A stretch of 64,000 nucleotides of DNA from NCBI GenBank assembly GCA_964612995.1, contig CAZTGE010000003.1, positions 2,394 to 66,393 on the forward strand, in the 5' to 3' direction. Within the stretch, counting starts at the first letter, position 1; the number at the start of each line of letters is the position of its first letter. This stretch comes from an uncultured candidatus Brocadiaceae bacterium (GTDB lineage: Bacteria; Planctomycetota; UBA11346). A program made the translations under genes and the position numbers. Below, piece after piece: positions 19,318 to 30,553 of the stretch. Under the pieces are notes generated by a model. It had not been told where the DNA came from. It worked only from the letters and a program-made list of their open reading frames with translations, and did no database searches.

Positions 19318-20634
19318 ATGCGCCGACCGAACATTCTCGTTTTCTTCGTCGACCAGCAGCGCTGGGACACCTGCGGCTGCTACGGTCAAAGCCTCCCGCT
19401 GACGCCCAACCTCGATGCCATGGCCACCGCAGGCACCCGCTTCAGCCACGCGTTCACCTGTCAGCCGGTCTGTGGCCCGGCGCGCGCTGCGATCCAGACG
19501 GGGCGTTATGCCAGCGAGGTCGGCTGCGACGTCAACCACACCCGACTGCCGCCTGACGCGCCGACCATCGCCACGCTGCTCGGAGATGCGGGCTACGATA
19601 CCGGCTATATCGGCAAGTGGCACCTCGCCAGCTGCGGGCCGCTCGGCGGTCCGGACGACTTCCGCACCCGTCCGGTGCCGCCTGCGCTGCGCGGCGGTTA
19701 TGACCACTGGCTGGCGGCCGATGTGCTCGAGTTCACCTCACACAGCTACGATGGGCACATGTTCGATGACGCTGGCGAGCGACGCGAGTTCCCGCCCGGG
19801 CGCTACCGCGCCGATGCACAGACGGACTGGGTGCTCGAGTACCTCGATACCCGCGTCGAGGCCGAGCGACCGTTCTTCCTCATGGCCTCCTACATCGAGC
19901 CCCATCACCAGAACGACCACGAGCATTACGAGGGTCCGCACGGCTCACGTGAGCGCTTCGCCGACTTCGCCCCCCCCGGCGATCTGATCGGCCACGACGG
20001 CGACTGGCGCGAGGAGTACCCCGACTACCTCGGCTGCGTCCACGCGCTCGATGCGAACCTCGGCCGCGTCCGCGCGCGCCTGGCCGAAACCGGCCTCGAT
20101 CGCGATACGGTGGTGATCTATACCAGCGACCACGGCTCGCACTTCCGCACCCGCAACGACGAGTACAAGCGCAGCTGCCACGACGGCTGCCTGCGCATTC
20201 CGCTGGTCGCCTGTGGACCGGGTTTCGCGCAGGGCGGCGAGCGGGCGGAACTGGCCAGCCTGATCGATCTGCCCGCGACGGTGGTCCGGGCGGCCGGCCT
20301 GGAACAGCCCACCACCTTCCGCGGGCGGGCGCTGCAGGACGCCGTGACCGGCTCTGCGCAGGATTGGCCCGACTGCTGTTTCGCCGAGATCTCGGAGAGC
20401 CACATCGGCCGTTGCATCCGCACCGCACACCACACCTACGAGGTCAGCCTGGCGCCGGACGGCCGACCGCACTGGCAGGAGACCTTCCTCTACGACAACA
20501 CGGTCGATCCCCATCAGCAGAACAACCTGGTCGCCGAACCGCTGCTCGTCGCCCTGCGCGCAGAACTCTGGGACCGCCTGCGCACGTGGATGCGCTCGAC
20601 CGGCGAGATCGATCCGGTTCTGGTTGAGGCCTGA
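19318..20634 (+). CDS. sulfatase (arylsulfatase family; requires formylglycine maturation)
   Basis: RBS aggaga then MRRPNILVFFVDQQRWD... The sulfatase signature CxPxR is present as CQPVCGPAR. Confidence 0.8.
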   Translation: MRRPNILVFFVDQQRWDTCGCYGQSLPLTPNLDAMATAGTRFSHAFTCQPVCGPARAAIQTGRYASEVGCDVNHTRLPPDAPTIATLLGDAGYDTGYIGKWHLASCGPLGGPDDFRTRPVPPALRGGYDHWLAADVLEFTSHSYDGHMFDDAGERREFPPGRYRADAQTDWVLEYLDTRVEAERPFFLMASYIEPHHQNDHEHYEGPHGSRERFADFAPPGDLIGHDGDWREEYPDYLGCVHALDANLGRVRARLAETGLDRDTVVIYTSDHGSHFRTRNDEYKRSCHDGCLRIPLVACGPGFAQGGERAELASLIDLPATVVRAAGLEQPTTFRGRALQDAVTGSAQDWPDCCFAEISESHIGRCIRTAHHTYEVSLAPDGRPHWQETFLYDNTVDPHQQNNLVAEPLLVALRAELWDRLRTWMRSTGEIDPVLVEA

Positions 20635-20719
20635 ACGCGCGCCCTGGCTGTCACCCTCACCGGCCGTCCGGTCCCCGACCGGGGTTTGCACCGCTGCAGA
20701 TGATCTGACAATCACCTCC

Positions 20720-20905
20720 ATGACGCGTCGCACGCTGTTGCTGCTCCTCTCCGGCCTCCTGCTGCTCGGCGCCGCCGGCTGCATGCGCCGTGGCGGTGAG
20801 CAGGGCTTCTCGAGCTTCCGCTGCAACGGTCCGTCGCTGGTCGAACCGGATCCGCTGACGCACAGCACCCGCGATCGCGCCGCCTACTTGCAATACATGC
20901 CCTGA
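20720..20905 (+). CDS. small lipoprotein (61 aa)
   Basis: MTRRTLLLLLSGLLLLGAAGC carries a lipobox. Short ORF between the sulfatase and glmS. Confidence 0.4.
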   Translation: MTRRTLLLLLSGLLLLGAAGCMRRGGEQGFSSFRCNGPSLVEPDPLTHSTRDRAAYLQYMP

Positions 20906-20944
20906 ACCCACACTCGGCCCAGTTCCTGCCGAAGGGATGCAACC

Positions 20945-22771
20945 ATGTGTGGAATCGCTGGATACGTGGGGCCACGCCAGGCCGAGTCATTGCTCCTGGT
21001 CGCCCTGGAGCGGCTGAAGTATCGCGGTTACGACTCCGCCGGCATGGCGATCAACGACGACGGCGATCTGCTCGTGCGCAAGGCCGCGGGCCGTCTGCGT
21101 CAGCTCGAGGAGAGCCTCGGCGCGCGTAGCCTCGCCGGGACCACCGGTATCGCCCACACCCGCTGGGCCACCCACGGCCCGCCGACCGAAGGCAACGCCC
21201 ACCCCCATAGCGACACCGCCGAACGGTTGGCGGTGGTTCACAACGGGATCATCGAAAACCACGAGGAACTGCGGCGCGAGCTGGTCGATCGTGGCGCCGT
21301 GTTCGCCAGCCAGACCGACACCGAGGTCATCGCCCACCTCGTCGCCGAGCTCTATACCGACACCGGCGATCCGCTCGCCGCGGTGCGGGCGGCGATCCGT
21401 CGCCTCGAAGGCAGCTACGCCTTCGCGATCATATTCGCCGATCACCCCGGCCGGATCGTCGTCGCACGAGAGGGCTCTCCGCTGCTGCTCGGCCGTGGCC
21501 GCGGCGAGCACCTGATCGCCTCCGACGTCCCGGCACTGCTGCCGCATGCGCACGAGGTCTGCCAGCTCCAGGATGGCTGGATCGCCGACATCCGCGCCGA
21601 ACAGGTCACCATCTGCGACGGCGACGGCGCGCCCGTGGAAGGCTGCTTCTCGCGTATCGAGCTCGCCGTCGACGATGTCTCCCGCGGCGAGTTCGACTCG
21701 TTCATGGAGAAGGAGATCGCGGAGCAGCCTGAGGTGCTGCAGCGCCTGCTCGATTCGCGCCTGATCGACGGTCGCCTGGCCATGCCGGAGATCTCGGTCG
21801 ATCTCGCCCGGATCAACCACGTCGTCTTCCTCGCCTGCGGCACCAGCTGGCACGCTGCCTTGCTGGGCAAACGCTTCCTCGAGGGTCTGGCCCGGATCCA
21901 CGTCGAAGTCGACATCAGCTCGGAGTACCGTTACCGCAATCCGGTGGCCTCCGGCGACACGCTGGTGGTGGCGATCAGCCAGTCGGGCGAAACGGCCGAC
22001 ACCCTCGCCGGGGTGCGGCTCGCCCGGTCGAAGTTCATGCCGGTGGCCAGCCTGGTCAACGTGCTCGGATCGACCATGGCCCGAGAATCAGACGGTGTCC
22101 TGCCGCTGCTCGCTGGTCCGGAGATCGGCGTCGCCAGCACCAAGGCCTACACCGCCCAGGTCCTCGCGCTCTATCTCTTCGCGCTCCAGCTGGCCCAGGC
22201 CAAGGGTCGCCTCGATGACGCCACCCGCACGCGCCTGATCGACGCCTGTTGCGCCCTGCCGGATCTCACTGCGCAGACGCTCGCTGCTTGCCGTGAGGCG
22301 GTGGACGAGGCGACCGAGCTGTTCTCCGCGGCCAACGCCAGCGTGTTCCTCGGGCGCTGTGGCGAATACCCCACTGCACTGGAGGGAGCGCTCAAGCTCA
22401 AGGAGATCGCCTACGTCCACGCCACCGGCTACGCCGCCGGCGAGTTCAAGCACGGACCGATCGCACTGGTCACCGACGCCCTGCCGGTGATCTGCATGTG
22501 TCCACGCGATCAGATGTTCGAGAAGATGCTCGCCAACGTCGAGGAGACCCGGGCTCGCGATGGGCGGATCATCACCGTCGGCCCGGAGGAGGAGCGCCGG
22601 CTGCACGATCTGTCGGACGTCGTCTTCCCGGTGCCTGCCCCGCCCGAGGAGATGCTGCAGCCGCTGATCAGCATCCTGCCGCTGCAGCTCTACGCCCTGC
22701 TGGTCGCCCAGCGGCGCAGCTGCGATGTCGACCAGCCGCGCAACCTGGCCAAGTCGGTCACAGTGGAGTGA
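20945..22771 (+). CDS. glmS: glutamine--fructose-6-phosphate aminotransferase
   Basis: MCGIAGYVG N-terminal nucleophile and two SIS domains. 608 aa. Confidence 0.95.
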   Translation: MCGIAGYVGPRQAESLLLVALERLKYRGYDSAGMAINDDGDLLVRKAAGRLRQLEESLGARSLAGTTGIAHTRWATHGPPTEGNAHPHSDTAERLAVVHNGIIENHEELRRELVDRGAVFASQTDTEVIAHLVAELYTDTGDPLAAVRAAIRRLEGSYAFAIIFADHPGRIVVAREGSPLLLGRGRGEHLIASDVPALLPHAHEVCQLQDGWIADIRAEQVTICDGDGAPVEGCFSRIELAVDDVSRGEFDSFMEKEIAEQPEVLQRLLDSRLIDGRLAMPEISVDLARINHVVFLACGTSWHAALLGKRFLEGLARIHVEVDISSEYRYRNPVASGDTLVVAISQSGETADTLAGVRLARSKFMPVASLVNVLGSTMARESDGVLPLLAGPEIGVASTKAYTAQVLALYLFALQLAQAKGRLDDATRTRLIDACCALPDLTAQTLAACREAVDEATELFSAANASVFLGRCGEYPTALEGALKLKEIAYVHATGYAAGEFKHGPIALVTDALPVICMCPRDQMFEKMLANVEETRARDGRIITVGPEEERRLHDLSDVVFPVPAPPEEMLQPLISILPLQLYALLVAQRRSCDVDQPRNLAKSVTVE

Positions 22772-22777
22772 CCGCCC

Positions 22778-23333
22778 TCAGGCTTCGACCCGATCCAGGA
22801 TCGGCGCGAGATACGGCCGCTTCTTCATCTCCTGCAGATCGTATTCCATCAACTGCTCGAGCGTCCACTGCCGTTCCATGGGCGTGGCCGCGCGGTAGAA
22901 GCCGTCGGCGATCCACCAGAGCAGGAAGGGTTTCTGCACCCCGGCGCGCTCTGGGCCGAGATCGACCAACCGCTGCGCCTGGGAGCGCAGGCGATCGACC
23001 GACTCGATACGGGCTGCCGCCGCCTGCTGACGCAGATCGACGAAGTGCAGCTCCTCCCAGCTCACCCCCGCGGTGACCGCATACAGGCTGGCCCAATAGA
23101 ACACCTGGGTCGCTTCGAGGATGTAGGGATCGGCATGCGAGCCGTCCAGCACCCCGCAGAGCTCGGTCATCTCGTCGCCCCAACGGGCGAGCAATCTGGC
23201 CCGATCGCCAGCGAGCAGCAGTTGCACCGTGCCAGAGACGCGCTCGCCCGCCGCGACCTGGAAATCGCGTACGGTCTGCGCATTGGCGTGGAGCTCGGCG
23301 TAGACGCGGTAGATCTGCTCCGGACTGGCCATG
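22778..23333 (-). CDS. MazG/HisE-like all-alpha nucleoside-triphosphate pyrophosphohydrolase family protein (185 aa)
   Basis: Start [15 protein letters not shown]... Spacing of the E-rich helices (EMTEL..., [19 protein letters not shown]) resembles the HisE/MazG fold. The ORF extension to 24886 is antisense to ahcY and was discarded. Confidence 0.5.
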
Positions 23334-23476
23334 GATCGCCTCCCGCGGGGATACTGTCCCGCGCGGCGTCCGGGCAAGCACGGGCCTGGGCGAGCGGCTG
23401 TACAGGCGCGAAGACGAGCACGGCTTGCATTACCGTCCATCGCTATATCGTGATACACCGATATCAAGGAGATCCC

Positions 23477-24898
<1,422 letters not shown>

Positions 24899-24910
24899 TC
24901 TGGCGGTCGC

Positions 24911-24963
24911 GGGCCGAAGCGGCCGCGCAGGGGTTCAGCCCCAGCCCGGCCCGGCTTCGGCCC
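24911..24963 (+). terminator. stem-loop downstream of ahcY: 10-bp stem gggccgaagc/gcttcggccc enclosing an inner hairpin ggggttcagcccc. No U-tract
   Basis: Inverted repeat read directly from the sequence, 12 nt after the ahcY stop. Confidence 0.3.
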
Positions 24964-25139
24964 TTGCGTAGCGGAAACCGCTGCCATACAGTCATTTGTC
25001 GCCGGCCCAGGCCGGCCGCGCTGCAGTCGCCAACGCACCGTCCACGCTCATCGCCGGTCAGTGTGCGACCGACGCGGAGGCTCCGGACTCAGTTGGCGGC
25101 AGCCACGGGAGCAAGCGCCTCAGCAGGGGATCAGGTGGA

Positions 25140-25982
25140 ATGTTGAAGCTCGAAATCCTCAACCCGGAGCAGGCCGGCAAGAGGATCGCCATCAACGGCG
25201 AGCTGAAGATCGGATCGGACCGTTCCTGCTCCCTGCGGGCCAAGCACCGCGACATGCGGCCGGTCCATGCGGTGCTCAACCGCAATACCAAAGGCAAGTA
25301 CACGGTCGAAGTGGTCGATGAGGACGCACACATCTTCCTCAATGGCCGCGATATCATCCACAGCGAGTTGCAGCACCAGGATCTGCTCGCCGTCGGCCCG
25401 CTCAAGTTCCGCGTGATCGATGAACAGGCCCGGCGCTGGGTCGACGACCGGCTGAGCCAACTGCTCGATACCCTGGACGGCGACGACACGGTCTATGATT
25501 TCGCGACCGAGGATCTGTTCTACCTCATCACCAAGGAACCCGCGCTCCAGCAGGCGATCTCCTTGCGCATCCCTTCGCGCGATCGCTTCATCGACCAGTG
25601 CCAGCAGTTCCTCGCCCGCCTCATCCGCAAGTCGGGTATGGACGAGATGAAGATCGAGGCCTTCATGACCTGCACCAAGGAGCTGATCCTCAACGCCCAT
25701 CGGCACGGTCACGAATATGACGAGTCCAAGGTCATCGTGGTCCGTTATCGCGACGATGGCGAAGCGGTCTGGCTGACGATCGAAGACGAGGGCGAGGGCT
25801 TCGACCACAACAAGGCACTGAGCGAGGTCCGCAACCTGGACGCAGCCTCTGCCGCACGGCTCCGGTACCAGTCAGGCGGATTCGGCGGCCTCGGCTTCCA
25901 GATGATCACCCGCATGAGCGACAGCATCGAGTACAACGAGAAGGGCAACGTGGTCACCTTCTCCGTGCGCAAGGAGTTCTAG
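25140..25982 (+). CDS. FHA domain fused to a GHKL/HATPase_c (RsbW/SpoIIAB-like anti-sigma Ser kinase) domain
   Basis: N-terminal FHA motifs (IGSDRSCSL, HAVL, IFLNGRDI). C-terminal N-box ELILNAHRHGHE and G1-box IEDEGEGFD. The TAG stop is supplied by the terminal CTAG of MITE A2. Confidence 0.7.
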   Translation: MLKLEILNPEQAGKRIAINGELKIGSDRSCSLRAKHRDMRPVHAVLNRNTKGKYTVEVVDEDAHIFLNGRDIIHSELQHQDLLAVGPLKFRVIDEQARRWVDDRLSQLLDTLDGDDTVYDFATEDLFYLITKEPALQQAISLRIPSRDRFIDQCQQFLARLIRKSGMDEMKIEAFMTCTKELILNAHRHGHEYDESKVIVVRYRDDGEAVWLTIEDEGEGFDHNKALSEVRNLDAASAARLRYQSGGFGGLGFQMITRMSDSIEYNEKGNVVTFSVRKEF

Positions 25983-26161
25983 CCCGGATCCCTCATGAGG
26001 ATCGTCGCGAAAAGTCGTAGCGTGCTGTCAGTACAGGGCAGCGCGACCGAGGCGAACCGGAGCGTAGCAGCGCTGCGTGAGGATCCGCCGACTGAGCGAA
26101 GTCCTGTAATGGCGGTGCGATACGGCTTTGCAGCAGATTTCTCATGAGGGATCCGGGCTAG
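25979..26161 (-). mobile_element. MITE-like element family A, copy A2 (complete, inverted relative to A3/A4)
   Basis: ctagcccggatccctcatgag ... ctcatgagggatccgggctag. 21-bp perfect terminal inverted repeats. Internal sequence is the reverse complement of A3/A4. Confidence 0.75.
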
Positions 26162-26264
26162 CACCTCCTGACGCTGGTGCGCAGCCCTGCCGGGAGCCTT
26201 GCGCGCGCCGTTGCCCGTTCCGATCGGTAGGCCGGGATGGCATCGCGGGACACCGGGATGAACA

Positions 26265-26346
<82 letters not shown>

Positions 26347-26417
26347 GTCTCAGCGCGGCATGCTCTGAACCCCGGGGGCGGACGCAAGCACGTGTTGGCC
26401 ACGCGGGTCCGGACGCT

Positions 26418-27812
26418 TCAGCGGTTGACCAGATCGATCTGGCTGATGTGCACCAGGACCATGTCGCTGGCCAATTCCCCGCGCCCGATGGTGGCCTTCT
26501 CAACCTCGCCCTTGACCCCGACCCGGCGCCAATGGTATTCGGCCAGCTGGATCCCGGCGCCCTCGGCGACCTTCACCAGCGCCTCGATCTCGTTGTTGCG
26601 GTCGATGATCACGTAGTTTGCGCTGGTGCCGGGCACATCGCGCGGCTCGAGCCAACCGATGGCGCGATAGCTGTCCTCTTCGAGCGAAGGCAGGGCCGGC
26701 ACCGGTTCCGGTTCCGGTTCCTCGCTCACCGTCGGCGGGGTCGGATCCGGCTCCACGCGCGGCTCCTGCGTTACCGGCGGTCCGGGCGTGCTCACTGCAG
26801 GTGGCGTTTCGACGACCGGTTCGCGCTCCTGGCGCTCCTCCGGCGCTGGCTGTGCTTGCGGTTGCGGGCGTTCGCGCGGTTCCTCGCGCACCTGGCGCGG
26901 CAGGTCCTCGACCGCGGCGAGGGCCGGCTCCTCGGCCGGTTCCGGCTCGTCGGCCGGTTCCGGCTCGTCGGCCGAGCCGGTCAGCTCGGGGATGTCGAGC
27001 CGGGGTTCGATGCCGCGATCGCTCTGATGCTTGCGGGCCAGCCAGGCGATCTTGCCCACCCGCTTGCGCAGGCTGTCTGCCAGCAGACGGGTGCGGAAGC
27101 TGGCGTGGTCCTCGACCACGCGATCGAGGCGGTCGACCAGACCCTGCCAATTGAGCTCCAGCGCCCGCTGGGGGTCGGCGTCGACCGCCTTGCGGTAGCG
27201 CTCATAGAGCGTGCGCGCGTTGCGCCAGGTGCGCTCGACCGGGGTCAGCCGCTCCGACGCGGCGTCGGCTCCGGCGGTCTGCTGTCCGTCGGCGCCGCCA
27301 TCGCGCTCTGCGAGCCGGGGTGGGGCCTCGCGGCCGAAATCGAGCACGATGCGGTGGGCATAGGCCACCGCTTTGGGCGGATGGACCTTGTACCAGCCGC
27401 CGTGGGTGATGCCGGCCCACTCGCCGTCGACCACGCGCCCCTTCCAGGTGACGATATCGCCGGCGTCGAGCTGGGTCACGAGATTGGAGCGGAGGCGCGC
27501 ATCATCGCGCACCCGGACCCCGTCCTGGGTCACTCGCAATGCACGCGGATCCTCGGTCTGCGCGAGGTTGCGGCCGTGGACCCAGGCCCCGCCCTGGGCG
27601 GGAAACTCGATCTCATACCAGCCGTCCTTCCCGGCGACCGGGCCGATCACCGTGACCCGCGTCCCGTCCTCGAGCGTGGTCACGACCGGCGCCTGAGTCG
27701 ATGGACCGAAGCGGATGTTGCCACGCCCACTGATGGTGGCCGGGCGCGTCTGAGCGGTGACCGGGTCCAGACACAGGCACAAGAGCATGATCACCAGGGT
27801 CCACGAACGCAT
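26418..27812 (-). CDS. secreted SH3b-domain protein with a Pro/Glu-rich repetitive linker
   Basis: Signal peptide MRSWTLVIMLLCLCLDPVTAQ. Two SH3b-like segments (GNIRFGPS...GWYEI, ...GWYKV). Linker EPEPADEPEPAEEP...PQPQAQPAPEE. Confidence 0.6.
   Translation of the reverse strand: MRSWTLVIMLLCLCLDPVTAQTRPATISGRGNIRFGPSTQAPVVTTLEDGTRVTVIGPVAGKDGWYEIEFPAQGGAWVHGRNLAQTEDPRALRVTQDGVRVRDDARLRSNLVTQLDAGDIVTWKGRVVDGEWAGITHGGWYKVHPPKAVAYAHRIVLDFGREAPPRLAERDGGADGQQTAGADAASERLTPVERTWRNARTLYERYRKAVDADPQRALELNWQGLVDRLDRVVEDHASFRTRLLADSLRKRVGKIAWLARKHQSDRGIEPRLDIPELTGSADEPEPADEPEPAEEPALAAVEDLPRQVREEPRERPQPQAQPAPEERQEREPVVETPPAVSTPGPPVTQEPRVEPDPTPPTVSEEPEPEPVPALPSLEEDSYRAIGWLEPRDVPGTSANYVIIDRNNEIEALVKVAEGAGIQLAEYHWRRVGVKGEVEKATIGRGELASDMVLVHISQIDLVNR
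26943..26978. repeat. perfect 18-bp tandem duplication cggccggttccggctcgt x2 inside the SH3b gene, encoding the EPEPAD/EPEPAE repeat. A (ccggtt)x3 run lies at 26702-26720
   Basis: Read directly from the sequence. In-frame. Confidence 0.6.
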
Positions 27813-28070
27813 GACTCTCCTCCTGTCGGGCCGGGCGGGGCCACTCGACGACGGCCCTGGGGCGGAACACGATACCCGCAGAGACCGACGCTAGATCACC
27901 CTGCCAGCGACGCAACCACCGGCGCGGCTCATTCCTGCGTGCCGAGCCGCTCACCCCGACTACCAGTGGCTTGTCCGTCGACGCGGCGCTCTTTCACCCC
28001 GCTGACCCACGACCGGGCGTGGACAACCCCCCACCTCCCACCATGCTGTGGACCCCAGGAGGGGCCGGCA

Positions 28071-28931
<861 letters not shown>

Positions 28932-28998
28932 TGACGTCGTGGTCGCGCCTGCGCGCTCTGCGCGCAGGGCGGGCCGACAACGTCGCGAAGCCGCCACT

Positions 28999-30525
28999 TC
29001 AACGCAGCTCCCGCAGCGGGCCGTTCTGGTTGACATACTCCATGAGCATGTTGCTCCACTGCTTGTAGGCCTCGGTCAGGCTGCCGTCGTTGGCCTCGAT
29101 CATGTCCTGGAGGAAGATCTCCTCGAAGGCCTTGGCTCCGTCTTCACCCTTGCGCAGCGCTTCCCAATAGCGCTGGAACCGCTTCTCCTTCTTGTATTTA
29201 CGGTCGAGGAAGAGGAAGAAATGGGTGATGGCGTAGACCTCGGCGTAGTTGAGCGCCGGGATGTGGCCATGGTAGTCGATGTACTTTTGCAGGGGCCAGG
29301 CGGTGCTCTTGGCCCGGCCGTAGTATCTGCGCAACTGCTGGATCCGCTGTGTCGGGGGCTCCCAGCGCATCCGGCCGGGGATGTACTGGCCGGTCTCGAA
29401 GTATACCGCAAGCCCCTCGTTGACCCAGGTCGGCACGTGACCGCTGCCGTTGCAGGTCATGTGCAGGAACTGGTGGCTGGCCTCGTGGGCGAGCACGCTC
29501 TCGCAGGTGGTCGGCATTCGCGGCGGCATCTTGTCGAAGGCGTAGATGCACAGGTGGCTGGGCGAGAAGAAACCCAGCGCGGTGGGCGAGAGCCCGCCGA
29601 AGCCCGTCTCGGCCGCGGCCATGCGGAATTGCTGCTGATCGTTGAAGACGTGGATCTCCATCTTGAACGGGCTGAGCTTGTCCGGGTCGTAGATCCCGAC
29701 GTAGGCGGTGTAGAGGGTATCCATGATCGCGCCCCAGTAGGCCACCCTGGCCGGTGAGACGCTGCAGGTGACGTGGTAGTGGCCGGTCTCGGCCTCCCAG
29801 GCTTTTGGCCACACGGCGTTGATCGCGCGGCTGCCGCGCGCCCGGACCAGGCCACCCCCGGCGTCGATGACCCGCCCCCGGGCGAATTGGGCTGCACGCC
29901 AGGTCTGCCGCTCGTCCTCGTCGCCAGCCAGGACCTCGAACGAATCGAGGATCGCCTGGTTCTCTGGATCGCTCGCGGAGCCCTGGCACAACACGCCGGA
30001 ATAGCGCTCGCCATGCTTGACCAACAGCCCGCAACGATCCTCACCACTGCCCATGACCGCCGTGATGCCCTCCGGGGCCCAGTCCGGATCGGCGTGCGGG
30101 CGCTGCGCGTCGTTTTCTGCGTAATAGGCGAAGGACGTGAACTCGCTCAAGGACCCTGCGCTGATCAGGCCGAACACCGCTTCGAGGCCGGCGCGCCGGA
30201 TCACCGGCGGGACCTCGCCCGCCGGGGTCGAGAAATGGCGCACACTCGCGTCATCGAAGGACTGCTGGTTGCGCTGGCGGACCAACTGCTGGATCTGCTC
30301 GGACGACAGTTCGCTGCCCTCGGGTACGCTGATCATGGTCCCGCCGCGTTGCGCACCGGGGCGATAGAGCACGCCGCGGTACATGTCCGGCGCGCGGTAG
30401 TGGTAGGGGAACCGGAAGGCGGTGCCTGATTCGTAGTCGCAGAACACCCGATCGCGCATCTCCAGCGCAAGGAGCGAAGGCAGGGAGCCGAGGAACAGCG
30501 AGACGACGATGAGCAAGATACGCAT
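28999..30525 (-). CDS. secreted HExxH-motif protein (DUF1570-like putative metallopeptidase)
   Basis: Signal peptide. LAHEASHQF ... NEGLAVYFE resembles a zincin HExxH...E arrangement. Lies 28 nt downstream of epmB on the same strand. Confidence 0.55.
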   Translation of the reverse strand: MRILLIVVSLFLGSLPSLLALEMRDRVFCDYESGTAFRFPYHYRAPDMYRGVLYRPGAQRGGTMISVPEGSELSSEQIQQLVRQRNQQSFDDASVRHFSTPAGEVPPVIRRAGLEAVFGLISAGSLSEFTSFAYYAENDAQRPHADPDWAPEGITAVMGSGEDRCGLLVKHGERYSGVLCQGSASDPENQAILDSFEVLAGDEDERQTWRAAQFARGRVIDAGGGLVRARGSRAINAVWPKAWEAETGHYHVTCSVSPARVAYWGAIMDTLYTAYVGIYDPDKLSPFKMEIHVFNDQQQFRMAAAETGFGGLSPTALGFFSPSHLCIYAFDKMPPRMPTTCESVLAHEASHQFLHMTCNGSGHVPTWVNEGLAVYFETGQYIPGRMRWEPPTQRIQQLRRYYGRAKSTAWPLQKYIDYHGHIPALNYAEVYAITHFFLFLDRKYKKEKRFQRYWEALRKGEDGAKAFEEIFLQDMIEANDGSLTEAYKQWSNMLMEYVNQNGPLRELR

Positions 30526-30553
30526 GAGGGTGGCCTCCAGCTATCCGATACGC

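Noticed and set aside
23340-23476. Possible SAH riboswitch in the 137-nt leader of ahcY
   Set aside because: SAH riboswitches commonly precede ahcY in Proteobacteria, but by eye I cannot find the conserved aptamer motifs (GAGGAGCGCUGCG / CAGGCUCGG / AACGGCGCUCAC-like) in this leader. Only weak fragments (caggcgcg, gagcggctg) are present. An Rfam cmsearch with RF01057 would settle it. Not called.
24996-25139. N-terminal extension of the FHA-GHKL ORF (start at 24996)
   Set aside because: The upstream 48 codons are Ala/Arg-rich with no RBS. A good RBS-spaced ATG at 25140 begins the FHA domain (MLKLEILNPEQ...).
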